A stretch of 64,000 bases of DNA. Source: Solirubrobacteraceae bacterium. Its GTDB lineage: Bacteria > Actinomycetota > Thermoleophilia > Solirubrobacterales > Solirubrobacteraceae. The notes under the pieces are model-generated. The model was given only the letters and a program-made list of their open reading frames with translations, ran no database searches and was not told where the DNA came from. The position numbers were made by a program, and so were the translations under genes. The stretch lies in assembly GCA_036495305.1 (NCBI GenBank), contig DASXNB010000004.1:1690-65689 (forward strand), given 5' to 3'. Numbering within the stretch: position 1 is the first letter of the stretch; every line of letters starts with the position of its first letter. Below, in pieces: positions 1-9,124 of the stretch.

Positions 1-148
1 CCTACGTGGGGTGAGCGCTCAGACGTGACACGTGCGCGGACGCATGTGGCGGCCCAAAGCCCGGGCGCCACACGCGTCGTCGCTCGCCGGTGGCGACCAC
101 TTGACTCGCACTGTCGCCGCGCGCCGCGCGCCGCTAGGATCGCAACCT

Positions 149-2260
149 ATGGCGGTTAGGACCCCCGAGTCGAGCATCGCGCGCGCAGGCGGGTTGCCTG
201 AGAGCGAGCATGAGATCCGCGCGCTCTCGATCGACACGATCCGCGGTTTGGCGATGGACGCGGTACAGAAGGCCAACGCCGGACACCCCGGCACAGCGAT
301 GGCGTTGGCGCCACTCGCCTACACGCTCTACCGCCACACGATGCGGTTGAACCCGGTGGACACGCACTGGAAGGACCGCGACCGCTTCGTGCTCAGCGCC
401 GGTCACGCGTGTGTTCTGCAGTATTCGCTCACCCACCTCTGCGGCTTCGACCTGACCATCGACGATCTCAAGAGCTTCCGCCAGTGGCAGTCGCGCACTC
501 CTGGGCACCCAGAGCGCGGGCACACGGCGGGCGTCGAGGTCACCACCGGACCGCTCGGTCAGGGCATCGCAAACGCCGTGGGGATGGCGATGGCGGAGCG
601 TTTCCTCGCGGAGCGCTTCAACCGCCCCGGATACGAGGTGGTGGACCACCACACCTACGCGATCTGCTCCGACGGGGACATGATGGAGGGTGTCTCCCAG
701 GAAGCGGCCTCGATCGCCGGCCATTTCGCGCTGGGGAAGCTGATCGTGTGCTACGACGACAACCGCATCACGATCGACGGGACCACCTCGATCTCCTTCG
801 ACACCGAGAATCACATCGCACGGATGCACGCCGACGGATGGCACGTGCAACGGGTAGAAGATTCCGAGGACACGCAGGCGTTGTATGGCGCGCTGCTTGC
901 CGCGCGCGCCGAAACGGAGCGGCCATCGTTCATAGCGGTGCGCTCGCACATCGGCTACCCCGCGCCCAACGCGACGGACACCGCCAAAGCCCACGGGGCG
1001 CCTCTGGGTGAGGAGGAGGTGCGCGCCACCAAGGTGGTGATGGGATTCGACCCAGACGCTCACTTCCACGTGGACGAGCGCGTGTACGAGCACATGTCCC
1101 TGCACCAGTCGGGCGCGTCGGTACAGGATGAGTGGGAGAGTCGCGAGAAGGGGTGGCGCGAGCGCTACCCCGCGCTCGCGGATGAGTGGGACCGAGCCTG
1201 GTCCGGACGCTTGGCCGAGGGCTGGGAGGATGCGCTCCCCACCTTTGCCACCGGCGAGAGCATCGCCACGCGCTCGGCCGGGCAGAAGACGATGGCTGCG
1301 CTCAACCCCTTCGGCCCCACGATGGCGGGCGGGGCGGCTGACCTCGTGGAGTCCACCAAGACGGTTTTTGACGGAGCGGGCGAGTTCTCGAAGGTGCACG
1401 CGGGAAGGAACATCCCCTTCGGCATCCGCGAGCACGCGATGGGGGCGATAGTCAACGGGTTGGCGGCACACGGGGGGATGGTGAAGCCCTACGGCTCGAC
1501 GTTCCTCATCTTCTCCGACTACATGCGCGGCTCGGTGAGGCTCTCGGCGCTGATGAAACTCCCTGTGATGTGGGTGTGGACGCACGATTCGGTAGCGGTG
1601 GGCGAGGACGGGCCAACGCACCAGCCGGTTGAGCACTACGCGGCCTTGCGAGCGATCCCCCAGCTGTGGGTGATCCGCCCAGCCGACGCAAATGAGACGG
1701 CGGCAGCGTGGCGTGTGGGATTGGAGCGGGAGGATGGACCCGTAGCGCTGCTCCTCTCACGCCAGAACCTTCCCGTATTCGCGCGCACGGGGTTGTCCGG
1801 AGACGCAGGCTCCTCCGCGGGCACGGGAACCGACGAGGTTGTGTGCGCCCCGGCCGACGGGTTGGAGCGGGGTGGGTACGTGCTGTGGAGCTCCGCCGAT
1901 GGAGTGCCCGAGTTGATTCTGATCGCCACCGGTAGCGAGGTGGCGCCGGCGCTCCAGGCAGCCCGTGAGATCGCCGGGGAGGGTAAGCGCGTGCGAGTGG
2001 TGTCGATGCCCTGCATGGAGCTCTTCGAAGCGCAGTCACCCGAGTACCGCGAGAGCGTCATCCCCCAGGTCCCCGCGCGGCTCGCCGTCGAGGCGGGGGT
2101 GAGCATGAGCTGGTGGAAGTGGGTAGGCGACTCGGGCGACGTGGTGGGGATCGAGCACTTCGGGGCATCGGCCCCGGGGGGGACGGTGCTGAAGGAGTTC
2201 GGCTTCGGGGCCAACTCGATCGCGGATCGCGCGCGAGCGCTGCTGGAGCGCGTAGGCTGA
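149..2260 (+). CDS. tkt: Transketolase
   Basis: ORF 32..2260 carries transketolase hallmarks ([29 protein letters not shown]-terminal EHFGASAP). Start moved to ATG 149 (MAVRTPES); the upstream 39 codons look like GC-rich read-through. Confidence 0.93.
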   Translation: MAVRTPESSIARAGGLPESEHEIRALSIDTIRGLAMDAVQKANAGHPGTAMALAPLAYTLYRHTMRLNPVDTHWKDRDRFVLSAGHACVLQYSLTHLCGFDLTIDDLKSFRQWQSRTPGHPERGHTAGVEVTTGPLGQGIANAVGMAMAERFLAERFNRPGYEVVDHHTYAICSDGDMMEGVSQEAASIAGHFALGKLIVCYDDNRITIDGTTSISFDTENHIARMHADGWHVQRVEDSEDTQALYGALLAARAETERPSFIAVRSHIGYPAPNATDTAKAHGAPLGEEEVRATKVVMGFDPDAHFHVDERVYEHMSLHQSGASVQDEWESREKGWRERYPALADEWDRAWSGRLAEGWEDALPTFATGESIATRSAGQKTMAALNPFGPTMAGGAADLVESTKTVFDGAGEFSKVHAGRNIPFGIREHAMGAIVNGLAAHGGMVKPYGSTFLIFSDYMRGSVRLSALMKLPVMWVWTHDSVAVGEDGPTHQPVEHYAALRAIPQLWVIRPADANETAAAWRVGLEREDGPVALLLSRQNLPVFARTGLSGDAGSSAGTGTDEVVCAPADGLERGGYVLWSSADGVPELILIATGSEVAPALQAAREIAGEGKRVRVVSMPCMELFEAQSPEYRESVIPQVPARLAVEAGVSMSWWKWVGDSGDVVGIEHFGASAPGGTVLKEFGFGANSIADRARALLERVG

Positions 2261-2264
2261 GGGT

Positions 2265-3392
2265 ATGTCCTCCACACCCTCCCCACTACACAGGCTCTCC
2301 GCGCTCGGCCAAAGCGTGTGGATCGACTCCCTCTCGCGCGAGTGGATTCGCGGGGGGCACCTGCAGAAGCTGATCGACGAGGACGTCGTAGTGGGAGCCA
2401 CTTCCAACCCCAGCATCTTCCAGAAGGCGATGAGCTCGGGGGACGCCTACGACGAGCAGCTACGCACGCTGAAGGGCACCCTAGGGGGGCAGGCAAGCCG
2501 CGCCGATGTGCAAGCCGCCTTCTGGACGCTCGCCGAGCAGGACATCAGGGAGGCGTGCGACGCGTTCCGTCCCACCTGGGACGGGGGTTTGGGCCGCGAT
2601 GGGTATGTATCGCTCGAGGTTGACCCCCGCCTTGCTTACGACTCACTGCAAACCTTCCGCGAAGCGATGCGCATCCACGAGTCGGTCGACAGACCCAATT
2701 TGCTCGTAAAGATCCCCGCCACCAAGCCCGGGCTGGCGGCCATCGAGGACGCGATCGCCAAGGGTAAGTCGATCAACATAACCTTGATCTTCTCGCTGGG
2801 GAGGTATGCGGAGGTGGCGGAGTCCTACATCCGGGGCCTGGAGCGGCTGGTGGCCGAGGGGGGCGATCCCTCGAAGGTGGTGTCGGTCGCGAGCTTTTTC
2901 GTATCGCGCATCGACACCGAGGCCGACCGTCGTCTCGATGAGGTGGGCCACGGAGAGCTCAAAGGGAAGCTGGCTGTGGCCAACGCAAAGCTCGCTTACC
3001 GCCACTACCAGCACACCTTCCAGGGCCCGCGTTGGGAGTATCTCGCCGGAAAGGGCGCCACATCGCAGAGGGTGCTGTGGGCGAGCACTTCCACCAAGAA
3101 TCCCTCCTACCCCGACACGATTTACGTGGACGAGCTGATTGGTCCGGACACGGTGAACACGATGCCCGAGGAGACGGTGATCGCCTTCCAAGACCACGGT
3201 TCCCCCAGGCCCACCCTGCACGAGGGGCTCGCGGAGGCGCAAGCGGTCTTTGACGATCTCGCCGCCGCCGGGGTTGATTACGACGACGTAACCAACACGC
3301 TCGAGCGCGAGGGGGTGGAGAAGTTCGAAGCCGCCTTCAGCGAGCTGCTCGACTCGCTCTCGGCGAAGCTCGGGACGCTCGCGCCCGCATAA
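2265..3392 (+). CDS. tal: Transaldolase (long actinobacterial type)
   Basis: LGQSVWIDSLSR, GATSNPSIFQKA and LVKIPAT motifs; lies 4 nt after tkt, the classical tkt-tal pair. Confidence 0.93.
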   Translation: MSSTPSPLHRLSALGQSVWIDSLSREWIRGGHLQKLIDEDVVVGATSNPSIFQKAMSSGDAYDEQLRTLKGTLGGQASRADVQAAFWTLAEQDIREACDAFRPTWDGGLGRDGYVSLEVDPRLAYDSLQTFREAMRIHESVDRPNLLVKIPATKPGLAAIEDAIAKGKSINITLIFSLGRYAEVAESYIRGLERLVAEGGDPSKVVSVASFFVSRIDTEADRRLDEVGHGELKGKLAVANAKLAYRHYQHTFQGPRWEYLAGKGATSQRVLWASTSTKNPSYPDTIYVDELIGPDTVNTMPEETVIAFQDHGSPRPTLHEGLAEAQAVFDDLAAAGVDYDDVTNTLEREGVEKFEAAFSELLDSLSAKLGTLAPA

Positions 3393-3441
3393 AATTTCCG
3401 ACCGGGGGCGAGCGTGTCCCTTTCATGTCAAGCTTGAGCCG

Positions 3442-4383
3442 ATGAGTGCACACGATTTCGAGGACACCCTCGACTCAAACGTGCCTCAGCCGGACTCTGA
3501 ACGGGGGGCATGGGTCGCAGCCATAACGCTTGGCCTGCTCGGCGTGGCGGTGCTCGCGCTTGCCTTGAGCGGGCTGGTGGGGGGATCGCAAACCAGCGTT
3601 GCGCCACCCCCTGTGCTTGCCGTGACACCCACTCCGGTGGCGCAGGTCACACCGACTACCACCGCCACAACCCGCATTGAAAGTCCTACCCGGGTAAACC
3701 ACCGCGCGATAGTCAACGACCCATCGACAGAAGAGGCACACCGCGATTTCGCCGCTTTTGAGGCGCAAACAGGCACGCACATCGGCGAGCGGTGGATGCA
3801 GTCGTTCTATCCGATCTACGCCACCGCCCAGAAGACATTCGGGGTCAATTGGCTACTGATCGCCTCAATCCACAAGCAGGAGACCGCCTTCTCAACCGCA
3901 CCCTCTACATACAGGGGGCTCAACTTCGCCGGTTGCTGTGGGGGGCCGATGCAGTTCAACGTCACTAACGGAGGCGCACAGGGATCCGGTTCCACGTGGG
4001 CGTTGATGGCCAGCTCCTACCGCTACGCCAAGCGGCCCAACTCATACGGCCACCGCACCGTGAAGCATCCCTCCATCTACGACGACTTCGATTCGATCAT
4101 GGCCGGCGCCCACCTGCTCGCCTCAGACGGCGCGGGAAGCGCACTCGACGATTCCGCGTGGAACGCGGCGTATGACTACTACGGTCACGACCCCACCGGG
4201 GTGACCTACGCCGACCAGGTGCTGGCCCGCGCGATCGGATGGTCACAGCACGGCTTCTGCATCAACTGCGGCATCGAAACATCGCTGGTGGAAGCGGTGA
4301 ACGCCGCCTACGGCGCACCCGTTGCGGCATCTTTCGAAGCCGCGAAAACGGCGGCCGTCAAGCCCCGCCACCGCAAGCACTGA
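3442..4383 (+). CDS. Membrane-anchored lytic transglycosylase-like protein (SLT domain)
   Basis: N-terminal TM segment (AAITLGLLGVAVLALALSGLV). SLT-like catalytic region IASIHKQETAFS ... GPMQF. Confidence 0.6.
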   Translation: MSAHDFEDTLDSNVPQPDSERGAWVAAITLGLLGVAVLALALSGLVGGSQTSVAPPPVLAVTPTPVAQVTPTTTATTRIESPTRVNHRAIVNDPSTEEAHRDFAAFEAQTGTHIGERWMQSFYPIYATAQKTFGVNWLLIASIHKQETAFSTAPSTYRGLNFAGCCGGPMQFNVTNGGAQGSGSTWALMASSYRYAKRPNSYGHRTVKHPSIYDDFDSIMAGAHLLASDGAGSALDDSAWNAAYDYYGHDPTGVTYADQVLARAIGWSQHGFCINCGIETSLVEAVNAAYGAPVAASFEAAKTAAVKPRHRKH

Positions 4384-4395
4384 GGGGGCGCCACA

Positions 4396-4424
4396 CAACC
4401 CGGCCGGCCATACCGGCCGGGTTG
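4396..4424. terminator. Bidirectional hairpin between convergent genes
   Basis: Perfect 12-bp stem CAACCCGGCCGG / CCGGCCGGGTTG with a 5-nt loop, between the stop at 4383 (+) and the stop at 4435 (-). Confidence 0.6.
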
Positions 4425-4434
4425 TCAAGCAAAG

Positions 4435-5658
4435 CTATGCGGCGTCGGCCTGTGCGATCAGCTCCCCGGCCACACGGTCGGTAGCCGCTCCGGTGCCACC
4501 GAGCAGGCGACGGGAGAGCTGGGCGCGGCGGAAGTACAGCGGGGCATCGTGCTCCCACGTCGCCCCGATCCCACCGTGTACCGAGATCATTGTGCGAGCG
4601 CCCTGGTCGAGCGCCCTCCCCGCCACCGAGCGAGCTGCGCTCGCGGCGAGCGGGAACTCTTGCGGCGCGCCGTTGCGCGACCAGCCCGCGTAGTAGAGCA
4701 GCGAGCGGCCGTTCTCGAGCTGGCGCAGCACCTCCGTGAGGGAGTGCTTCACCGCCTGGTAAGACCCGATCGCACGCCCGAACGTGAAGCGCTCCTTCGC
4801 GTAGGTCACCGACACCTCGAGCGCCGTCTCCACGCTGCCGAGCGACTCGGCCGCGATCAACGCCTGGGCCAGGTGCCAAGCACCGGCGAGCGACTCCTCG
4901 CTAGCGTCGAGCAGCGTGGCGCTTGCTTTATCGAGCGTCACGTGACCCAACGAGCGGGTGGCGTCGTAGCGGTGCACGTCCTCGATGGACACCCCCGTAG
5001 CGGATGACTCCACCGCGATGCCCACAGGCTTGCCACTTGCCTGCGCCCCGCCATGGGGTGTGCCCCCTTGTGGGGTATCCAGTAGGGCCACACCCACGAG
5101 CAGATCCGCGCCCGGGGCATCCGGCACAAAAGCGACCTTGCCGCTCACAATCGCCCCCTCGCCCTCCCGTGTCGCCACCGGCGCGGACGGGCGGGTACTC
5201 CCGCGGGCCGCGTCCACGGTCCACGCGTCGGAGAGGTCTCCGGGGGGCATGGTTGGCAGGTATGCCGCCCTGCGCTCGCCACTTGAGAGCGGCTCCAACA
5301 GGCCTCCAGCGTTTGGGGAGTCGCCGAGTAGCGCGGTAGCCGGGAGGTGCCCCAAGAGGGGAATCGCTGCCAGTACGCGGCCACACTCCCCCAAAACCAG
5401 CATCGCGTCGAAGGCGTCGAGTCCCGCGCCACCGTGAGCCTCGTCGATCAACAATCCCGGCCAACCCGCCTCACACGCGGTGGGCCACAGGTCGGGTAGC
5501 GCTTTCTCTGAGCCGCCTGCCTGCGCCCCGCCATGGGGTGTGCCCCCCTGTGTGGTATCGAGTGCCGCTCGTGCCGCCTCCAGCGTCTTCGTGCGCGAGA
5601 GCGTCCCGCGGGCCGCCTCCCGCAAAAACTCCTGCTCGTCCGAGAGTGAGAGGTTCAT
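4435..5658 (-). CDS. Acyl-CoA dehydrogenase family protein (probable non-catalytic partner subunit)
   Basis: ACAD C-terminal signature (FGRAIGSYQAVKH, HGGIGATWEHDAPLYFRRA). Overlaps the upstream ACAD gene by 4 nt. Carries two copies of the in-frame mini-element. Confidence 0.85.
   Translation of the reverse strand: MNLSLSDEQEFLREAARGTLSRTKTLEAARAALDTTQGGTPHGGAQAGGSEKALPDLWPTACEAGWPGLLIDEAHGGAGLDAFDAMLVLGECGRVLAAIPLLGHLPATALLGDSPNAGGLLEPLSSGERRAAYLPTMPPGDLSDAWTVDAARGSTRPSAPVATREGEGAIVSGKVAFVPDAPGADLLVGVALLDTPQGGTPHGGAQASGKPVGIAVESSATGVSIEDVHRYDATRSLGHVTLDKASATLLDASEESLAGAWHLAQALIAAESLGSVETALEVSVTYAKERFTFGRAIGSYQAVKHSLTEVLRQLENGRSLLYYAGWSRNGAPQEFPLAASAARSVAGRALDQGARTMISVHGGIGATWEHDAPLYFRRAQLSRRLLGGTGAATDRVAGELIAQADAA
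5038..5083 (-). repeat. In-frame GC-rich mini-element, copy 1 (encodes LDTPQGGTPHGGAQA)
   Basis: Near-identical to 5518..5563 over about 45 nt (TGCCTGCGCCCCGCCATGGGGTGTGCCCCC.TGTG.GGTATC). Homologous to copies in three other genes. Confidence 0.85.
5518..5563 (-). repeat. In-frame GC-rich mini-element, copy 2 (encodes LDTTQGGTPHGGAQAGG)
   Basis: See copy 1. Same gene, 480 nt away, same frame and orientation. Confidence 0.85.
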
Positions 5659-6917
5659 GCCGCCGTCCCTTCCTTGGAGCGGAGCTCCGAAAATGGGATT
5701 CCCTTGTCAAGGCGCGGCTCGGGGGGCAACCCCAGCACACGCTCTCCGATCGTGTTGCGCAGGATCTCTTCCGTTCCACCCGCCGACTTCAAACCGGGGA
5801 GGAAGGAGATCATGTACGCCCACTCGCTGTCCTCAGCGAGCGCATCGGGGCCGATCACGTCGGTGATGAGGTCTCCGGCTTTGATCGCGCCGTTGACAAT
5901 GGTCACCTTCGCCAACCCCGCCTCCGGGCCAGGGATCTGGCCTTTCTGGAGCATCGTGAGGGTGCGATACCCGGTGAACCTCACCGCGAGTAGTTCAGAT
6001 GCGATCTCACCCAACTCCTTGCGTACCTCCGGGTCGCGCCTGCCGTGCTCGTCGGAAGCGATCCCCTTGGCGAAGCGCACGGAGTTGTAACCCAACCCCT
6101 CCCCGCCCAAACCGATCGTGACGCGCTCGAACATCAGTGTCGTGAGCGCTGTCCCCCAGCCGTTGCCCACGCCACCAACCACCGCGTCGGCGGGCAGCTC
6201 CACATCGTCGAGGAACACCTCGTTGAACTCCGCCTCGCCGGAGATCTGGCGCAACCCGCGCACTGTCACACCCGGGGCGTCCATGGGGAGGATGAACATC
6301 GTGAGGCCCTTGTGCTTGTGCTGCTCGGGGTCGGTCCTCGCGAGTAGCAGTCCGTAGGAGGAGAACTGGGCGTTGGTGGTCCACACCTTCTGCCCCGTCA
6401 ACCTCCAGCTACCGTCCTCCAGCTGGCGCGCGCGTGTCTGCACCGCCGCCAGATCCGAGCCCGCGGCGGGCTCCGAGAAGAGCTGGCACCACACCTCATC
6501 GCCGTGCAGCATCGGGCCGAGATAGCGCCCCTTCTGCTCGTCGGACCCGTGGGCGATGATCGTGGGACCGAGCATCCCCACGCCGATCGCGTCGAGGATC
6601 CCGGGCACCCCGGCCTTGGCGATCTCCTGGTTGCAAACCACCTGCTCGATCGGTCCCATCCCCTGGCCGCCGTACTCCTTCGGCCACGTCACTCCGGCGA
6701 GGCCCGCCTCGGCGAGCTTGCCCTGCCACGCGCGCCTCGCGGACACGATCTCCGCCTCGTCTACGATCGCGTCGGGCCCCGTCAACACCGGGGCCTCTCC
6801 CTTGTGTGCCTCGAGCCAGGTGCGCACCTTGACGCGGTGCTCTGCCTGCTCGGGCGTATCGTCGAGATCCACTTTTTCTCCCTTGGCTGACTGGCCAGTC
6901 AATATCTGGTCAGACAA
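5655..6917 (-). CDS. Acyl-CoA dehydrogenase
   Basis: Full-length ACAD (WTTNAQFS, GGTEEILRNTIGERVLGLP with the catalytic Glu context). ATGA overlap with the downstream ACAD. Confidence 0.9.
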   Translation of the reverse strand: MSDQILTGQSAKGEKVDLDDTPEQAEHRVKVRTWLEAHKGEAPVLTGPDAIVDEAEIVSARRAWQGKLAEAGLAGVTWPKEYGGQGMGPIEQVVCNQEIAKAGVPGILDAIGVGMLGPTIIAHGSDEQKGRYLGPMLHGDEVWCQLFSEPAAGSDLAAVQTRARQLEDGSWRLTGQKVWTTNAQFSSYGLLLARTDPEQHKHKGLTMFILPMDAPGVTVRGLRQISGEAEFNEVFLDDVELPADAVVGGVGNGWGTALTTLMFERVTIGLGGEGLGYNSVRFAKGIASDEHGRRDPEVRKELGEIASELLAVRFTGYRTLTMLQKGQIPGPEAGLAKVTIVNGAIKAGDLITDVIGPDALAEDSEWAYMISFLPGLKSAGGTEEILRNTIGERVLGLPPEPRLDKGIPFSELRSKEGTAA

Positions 6918-7008
6918 GGCTACTCCTGTTGGCGCTCCGCGGTCTCGATGGCCCGGCGGCTCCTTTGTATGGGCGCTTTCGCCGGGAGACTGTCCACCTG
7001 GGGTGGTG

Positions 7009-8145
7009 CTACTCGGTATCGGGGATCGGCGGCTCCGACTCCTTCGGCAGGTCGTAGAAATCCTCGAAACCGTCGTTCAGCAGCGTGCTTGCCTGCGTGC
7101 CCGGATTGGGGGAGTTGAGCAGCACCACGCCCAACCGCACCCCGTCGCGCTCGGCGGTCGCCACGAGGCACTTCCCGGCGAGTTCTGTGTACCCGGTCTT
7201 CATGCCGGTGGTGCCCGGGTAGCCGTAGATGAGTAGGGGATTGTTGTTGTACAGGTACAACTTCCCCCCCTTGATCGGGAAGGGGAGCGCCGCCTTGTAC
7301 GTGCGCACGATGTGCGCGATCCGCGGCTGCTCGAGGTCCATGTGCGCGAGCTCCGCGAGGTCGGCCGCGCAGGAGTAGTTACGGGCGTCTGTGTACCCCG
7401 ACGGGGAGGTGTAGTGGGTGCAACCCATCCCCAATCGCGCCGCTTCCTGGTTCATGCTTTGCACGAACGCGCTTGCCGTACCCGACACATGCTGGGCTAG
7501 CGCCATGGCCGCGTCGTTGCCGGAGGGAAGTAGCAGCCCGTAGAGCATCGTCTCGAGACGGACGTGCCTCCCCAGCGGCAGCACCCCCACCTTCGAGCCT
7601 GCCGAGTTCACGGCCTGCTTGGTGACGAGTACCCCTTCGTCGGGGGTCGAGCTCCGCACCACCCGCAACGCCGTCATCATCTTCGTGAGGCTCGCGATGT
7701 GCAGGTGGGTGTGTGGGTTTAGCTGCCACAACACCTTCCCGTTGTCGAGGTTGAACAGCAACCCCGCCCGTGGGGGATAGTGGAAAGCGACCTGCACCAC
7801 GCCCTCGCCTCCGCTCGTCCCCACCTCGCCCGCCTGCCCTCCGTCATGGGGGATCCCTGCGAGCGTGAGCGTGAGAGGGGGGCGCCCGAGCGGCAGGCCC
7901 GCGGGGGAGAGGTTCGGGGCCGAGTGCGACGCTCCGGGGCTGGTGTGCGTCGCTGTGCTCGTCGACGTGGCTTCGGAGCCGTGCGTGGTGGACGTGCGCG
8001 AGAGCGCGAACACCGCCGCTGCCACCGCGAGGAGCACGACGCCGGCGGCGCCGAACTGGCGCCTGCGGCGGCGTCTACGCATTTTCGCTTCCCGCGCCCT
8101 GATCGCGCGGGCACTCCGCTCCAGGAAGGGCGAGCCATGGCTCAT
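7009..8145 (-). CDS. D-alanyl-D-alanine carboxypeptidase (S11, PBP5-like)
   Basis: SxxK (ASLTKMM), SGN (PSGND) and KTG (MKTGYT) motifs; N-terminal basic plus TM signal anchor. Contains an in-frame mini-element (AGIPHDGGQAGEVGTSGGEG). Confidence 0.85.
   Translation of the reverse strand: MSHGSPFLERSARAIRAREAKMRRRRRRRQFGAAGVVLLAVAAAVFALSRTSTTHGSEATSTSTATHTSPGASHSAPNLSPAGLPLGRPPLTLTLAGIPHDGGQAGEVGTSGGEGVVQVAFHYPPRAGLLFNLDNGKVLWQLNPHTHLHIASLTKMMTALRVVRSSTPDEGVLVTKQAVNSAGSKVGVLPLGRHVRLETMLYGLLLPSGNDAAMALAQHVSGTASAFVQSMNQEAARLGMGCTHYTSPSGYTDARNYSCAADLAELAHMDLEQPRIAHIVRTYKAALPFPIKGGKLYLYNNNPLLIYGYPGTTGMKTGYTELAGKCLVATAERDGVRLGVVLLNSPNPGTQASTLLNDGFEDFYDLPKESEPPIPDTE
7801..7862 (-). repeat. In-frame GC-rich mini-element, copy 3
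   Basis: The reverse complement reads GCAGGGATCCCCCATGACGGAGGGCAGGCGGGCGAG..., about 85% identical over 33 nt to the copy in the methyltransferase gene. Confidence 0.8.
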
Positions 8146-8158
8146 GAGGGACCTCTCA

Positions 8159-8332
8159 TCAACGTGGAGGATTGCGCAAAGCCCCGACGATACCCACCGT
8201 TAGCAGCACGAGGATGAACACCGACACCACCGCCTCGAACGTGAACCCATACTGCTCAATGCCGGAAATCGTCAGAAACGCAAGGCCCAGGATGAACGCC
8301 AGCGCCACCGCCAGCACCGCCACGCGGGTCAT
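8159..8332 (-). CDS. Small two-TM membrane protein (57 aa)
   Basis: MTRVAVLAVALAFILGLAFL...; its ATG overlaps the stop of the upstream rhomboid-like gene (ATGA at 8329-8332). Confidence 0.45.
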   Translation of the reverse strand: MTRVAVLAVALAFILGLAFLTISGIEQYGFTFEAVVSVFILVLLTVGIVGALRNPPR

Positions 8333-8829
8333 CGTGCCGCCAGGCTTGCCTGCGCCAGCGAGGGCATCCCCACCGGGTCGCCCAACCCCACCACACCGAA
8401 CACAACCTGCACCACCACCCACATGCCTATCAGCGCTCCCGCCGGGATCTCCACCAGTGTTGTGTAGAGCGGCACCGGCACCAACGTGAGCACGCGCGCG
8501 TGGGGGAACAGCAGGAGGTAGATGGCGAGCACCCCCACCACCACTCCGAGGGTTCCGGCGATGAGCGGGGAGGGTGTGCCAGTGCCGGCCAGCGCCCAAA
8601 CTCCCACCCCCATGGCACCCGCGAATACGCACAGCCCGGCGAAGCGCACCCGCCCGAGCCTGTTCTCGACGCTTGGGCCTAGTAGCGCCAAGAAGCCCGC
8701 GTCAAGCAGGAAGGGCAGCACACCCACCCGGTGACTGGAGAACACGTAGATCGCGACGACCGCCACCACCACGGTGGCCGTCACAAGCGGGAAGTGCTCT
8801 CTGGGGATGTTGTCCTTGATGGGGATCAT
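8329..8829 (-). CDS. Rhomboid-like membrane protein lacking catalytic residues
   Basis: N-terminus and TM layout resemble rhomboid proteases (IPIKDNIPREHFPLVT, VENRLGRVRF, LLLFPHARV). GASG is replaced by AGTLG, and the HxxxN and C-terminal His are absent. Confidence 0.5.
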   Translation of the reverse strand: MIPIKDNIPREHFPLVTATVVVAVVAIYVFSSHRVGVLPFLLDAGFLALLGPSVENRLGRVRFAGLCVFAGAMGVGVWALAGTGTPSPLIAGTLGVVVGVLAIYLLLFPHARVLTLVPVPLYTTLVEIPAGALIGMWVVVQVVFGVVGLGDPVGMPSLAQASLAAR

Positions 8830-8844
8830 GTGGCCCGGCGCAGC

Positions 8845-8961
8845 CTATCCGGCTGGGACGTGGGGTCTGTCCGATGGGGCCGTTGGGAAAAGCGCCAGCA
8901 GGAACGTCATGTTTGTGATGTACACTAAGAGTCGCCAGAATGAGCTCAATCGATCGCTCAT
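8845..8961 (-). CDS. Small ORF A (38 aa), frameshifted paralogue of small ORF B
   Basis: AGAGG lies 8 nt upstream of the ATG. The first 30 nt are about 80% identical to ORF B with a 1-nt indel. Confidence 0.25.
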   Translation of the reverse strand: MSDRLSSFWRLLVYITNMTFLLALFPTAPSDRPHVPAG

Positions 8962-8974
8962 TTGCATCGCCTCT

Positions 8975-9001
8975 GGGGCCCGGTTCGCCGGGCCCCTTTT
9001 T
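8975..9001 (+). terminator. Rho-independent terminator with no plus-strand gene upstream
   Basis: GGGGCCCGG-TTCG-CCGGGCCCC followed by TTTTT on the plus strand only. Confidence 0.55.
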
Positions 9002-9010
9002 GTAGAGACG

Positions 9011-9044
9011 CCCCGGTGAGCATCGAGGCTGACTCTCACCGGGG
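9011..9044. other. 10-bp stem hairpin
   Basis: CCCCGGTGAG - 14 nt - CTCACCGGGG, 12 nt downstream of the small ORF B stop on the minus strand. Confidence 0.5.
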
Positions 9045-9055
9045 CATGGAGTGTG

Positions 9056-9124
9056 CTACGTCACGCCGCGGATGACCGCGATCATGAGCGCAATCGCCAG
9101 AATGAGCGCTATCGAATCACTCAT
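9056..9124 (-). CDS. Small hydrophobic peptide (22 aa, MSDSIALILAIALMIAVIRGVT)
   Basis: GGAGG lies 8 nt upstream of the ATG; single TM-like peptide. Confidence 0.35.
   Translation of the reverse strand: MSDSIALILAIALMIAVIRGVT

Noticed and set aside
134-1636. Long antisense or alternative-frame ORFs throughout the window. Examples: 134..1636(-), 12344..13573(+), 23178..24110(-), 32310..33824(-), 35903..37183(-), 47026..48759(-), 31025..32251(-).
   Set aside because: They lie opposite or out of frame to genes with unmistakable homology. Their translations are Arg/Pro/Gly/Ala-rich low-complexity sequence typical of stop-poor frames in 70% GC DNA, and none has SD or start support.
8774-9019. 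Plus-strand 81-aa ORF in the lipA-downstream intergenic region.
   Set aside because: It runs straight through the terminator hairpin, has no SD, and its sequence is implausible as a protein. The plus-strand signal there is more likely a non-coding RNA.
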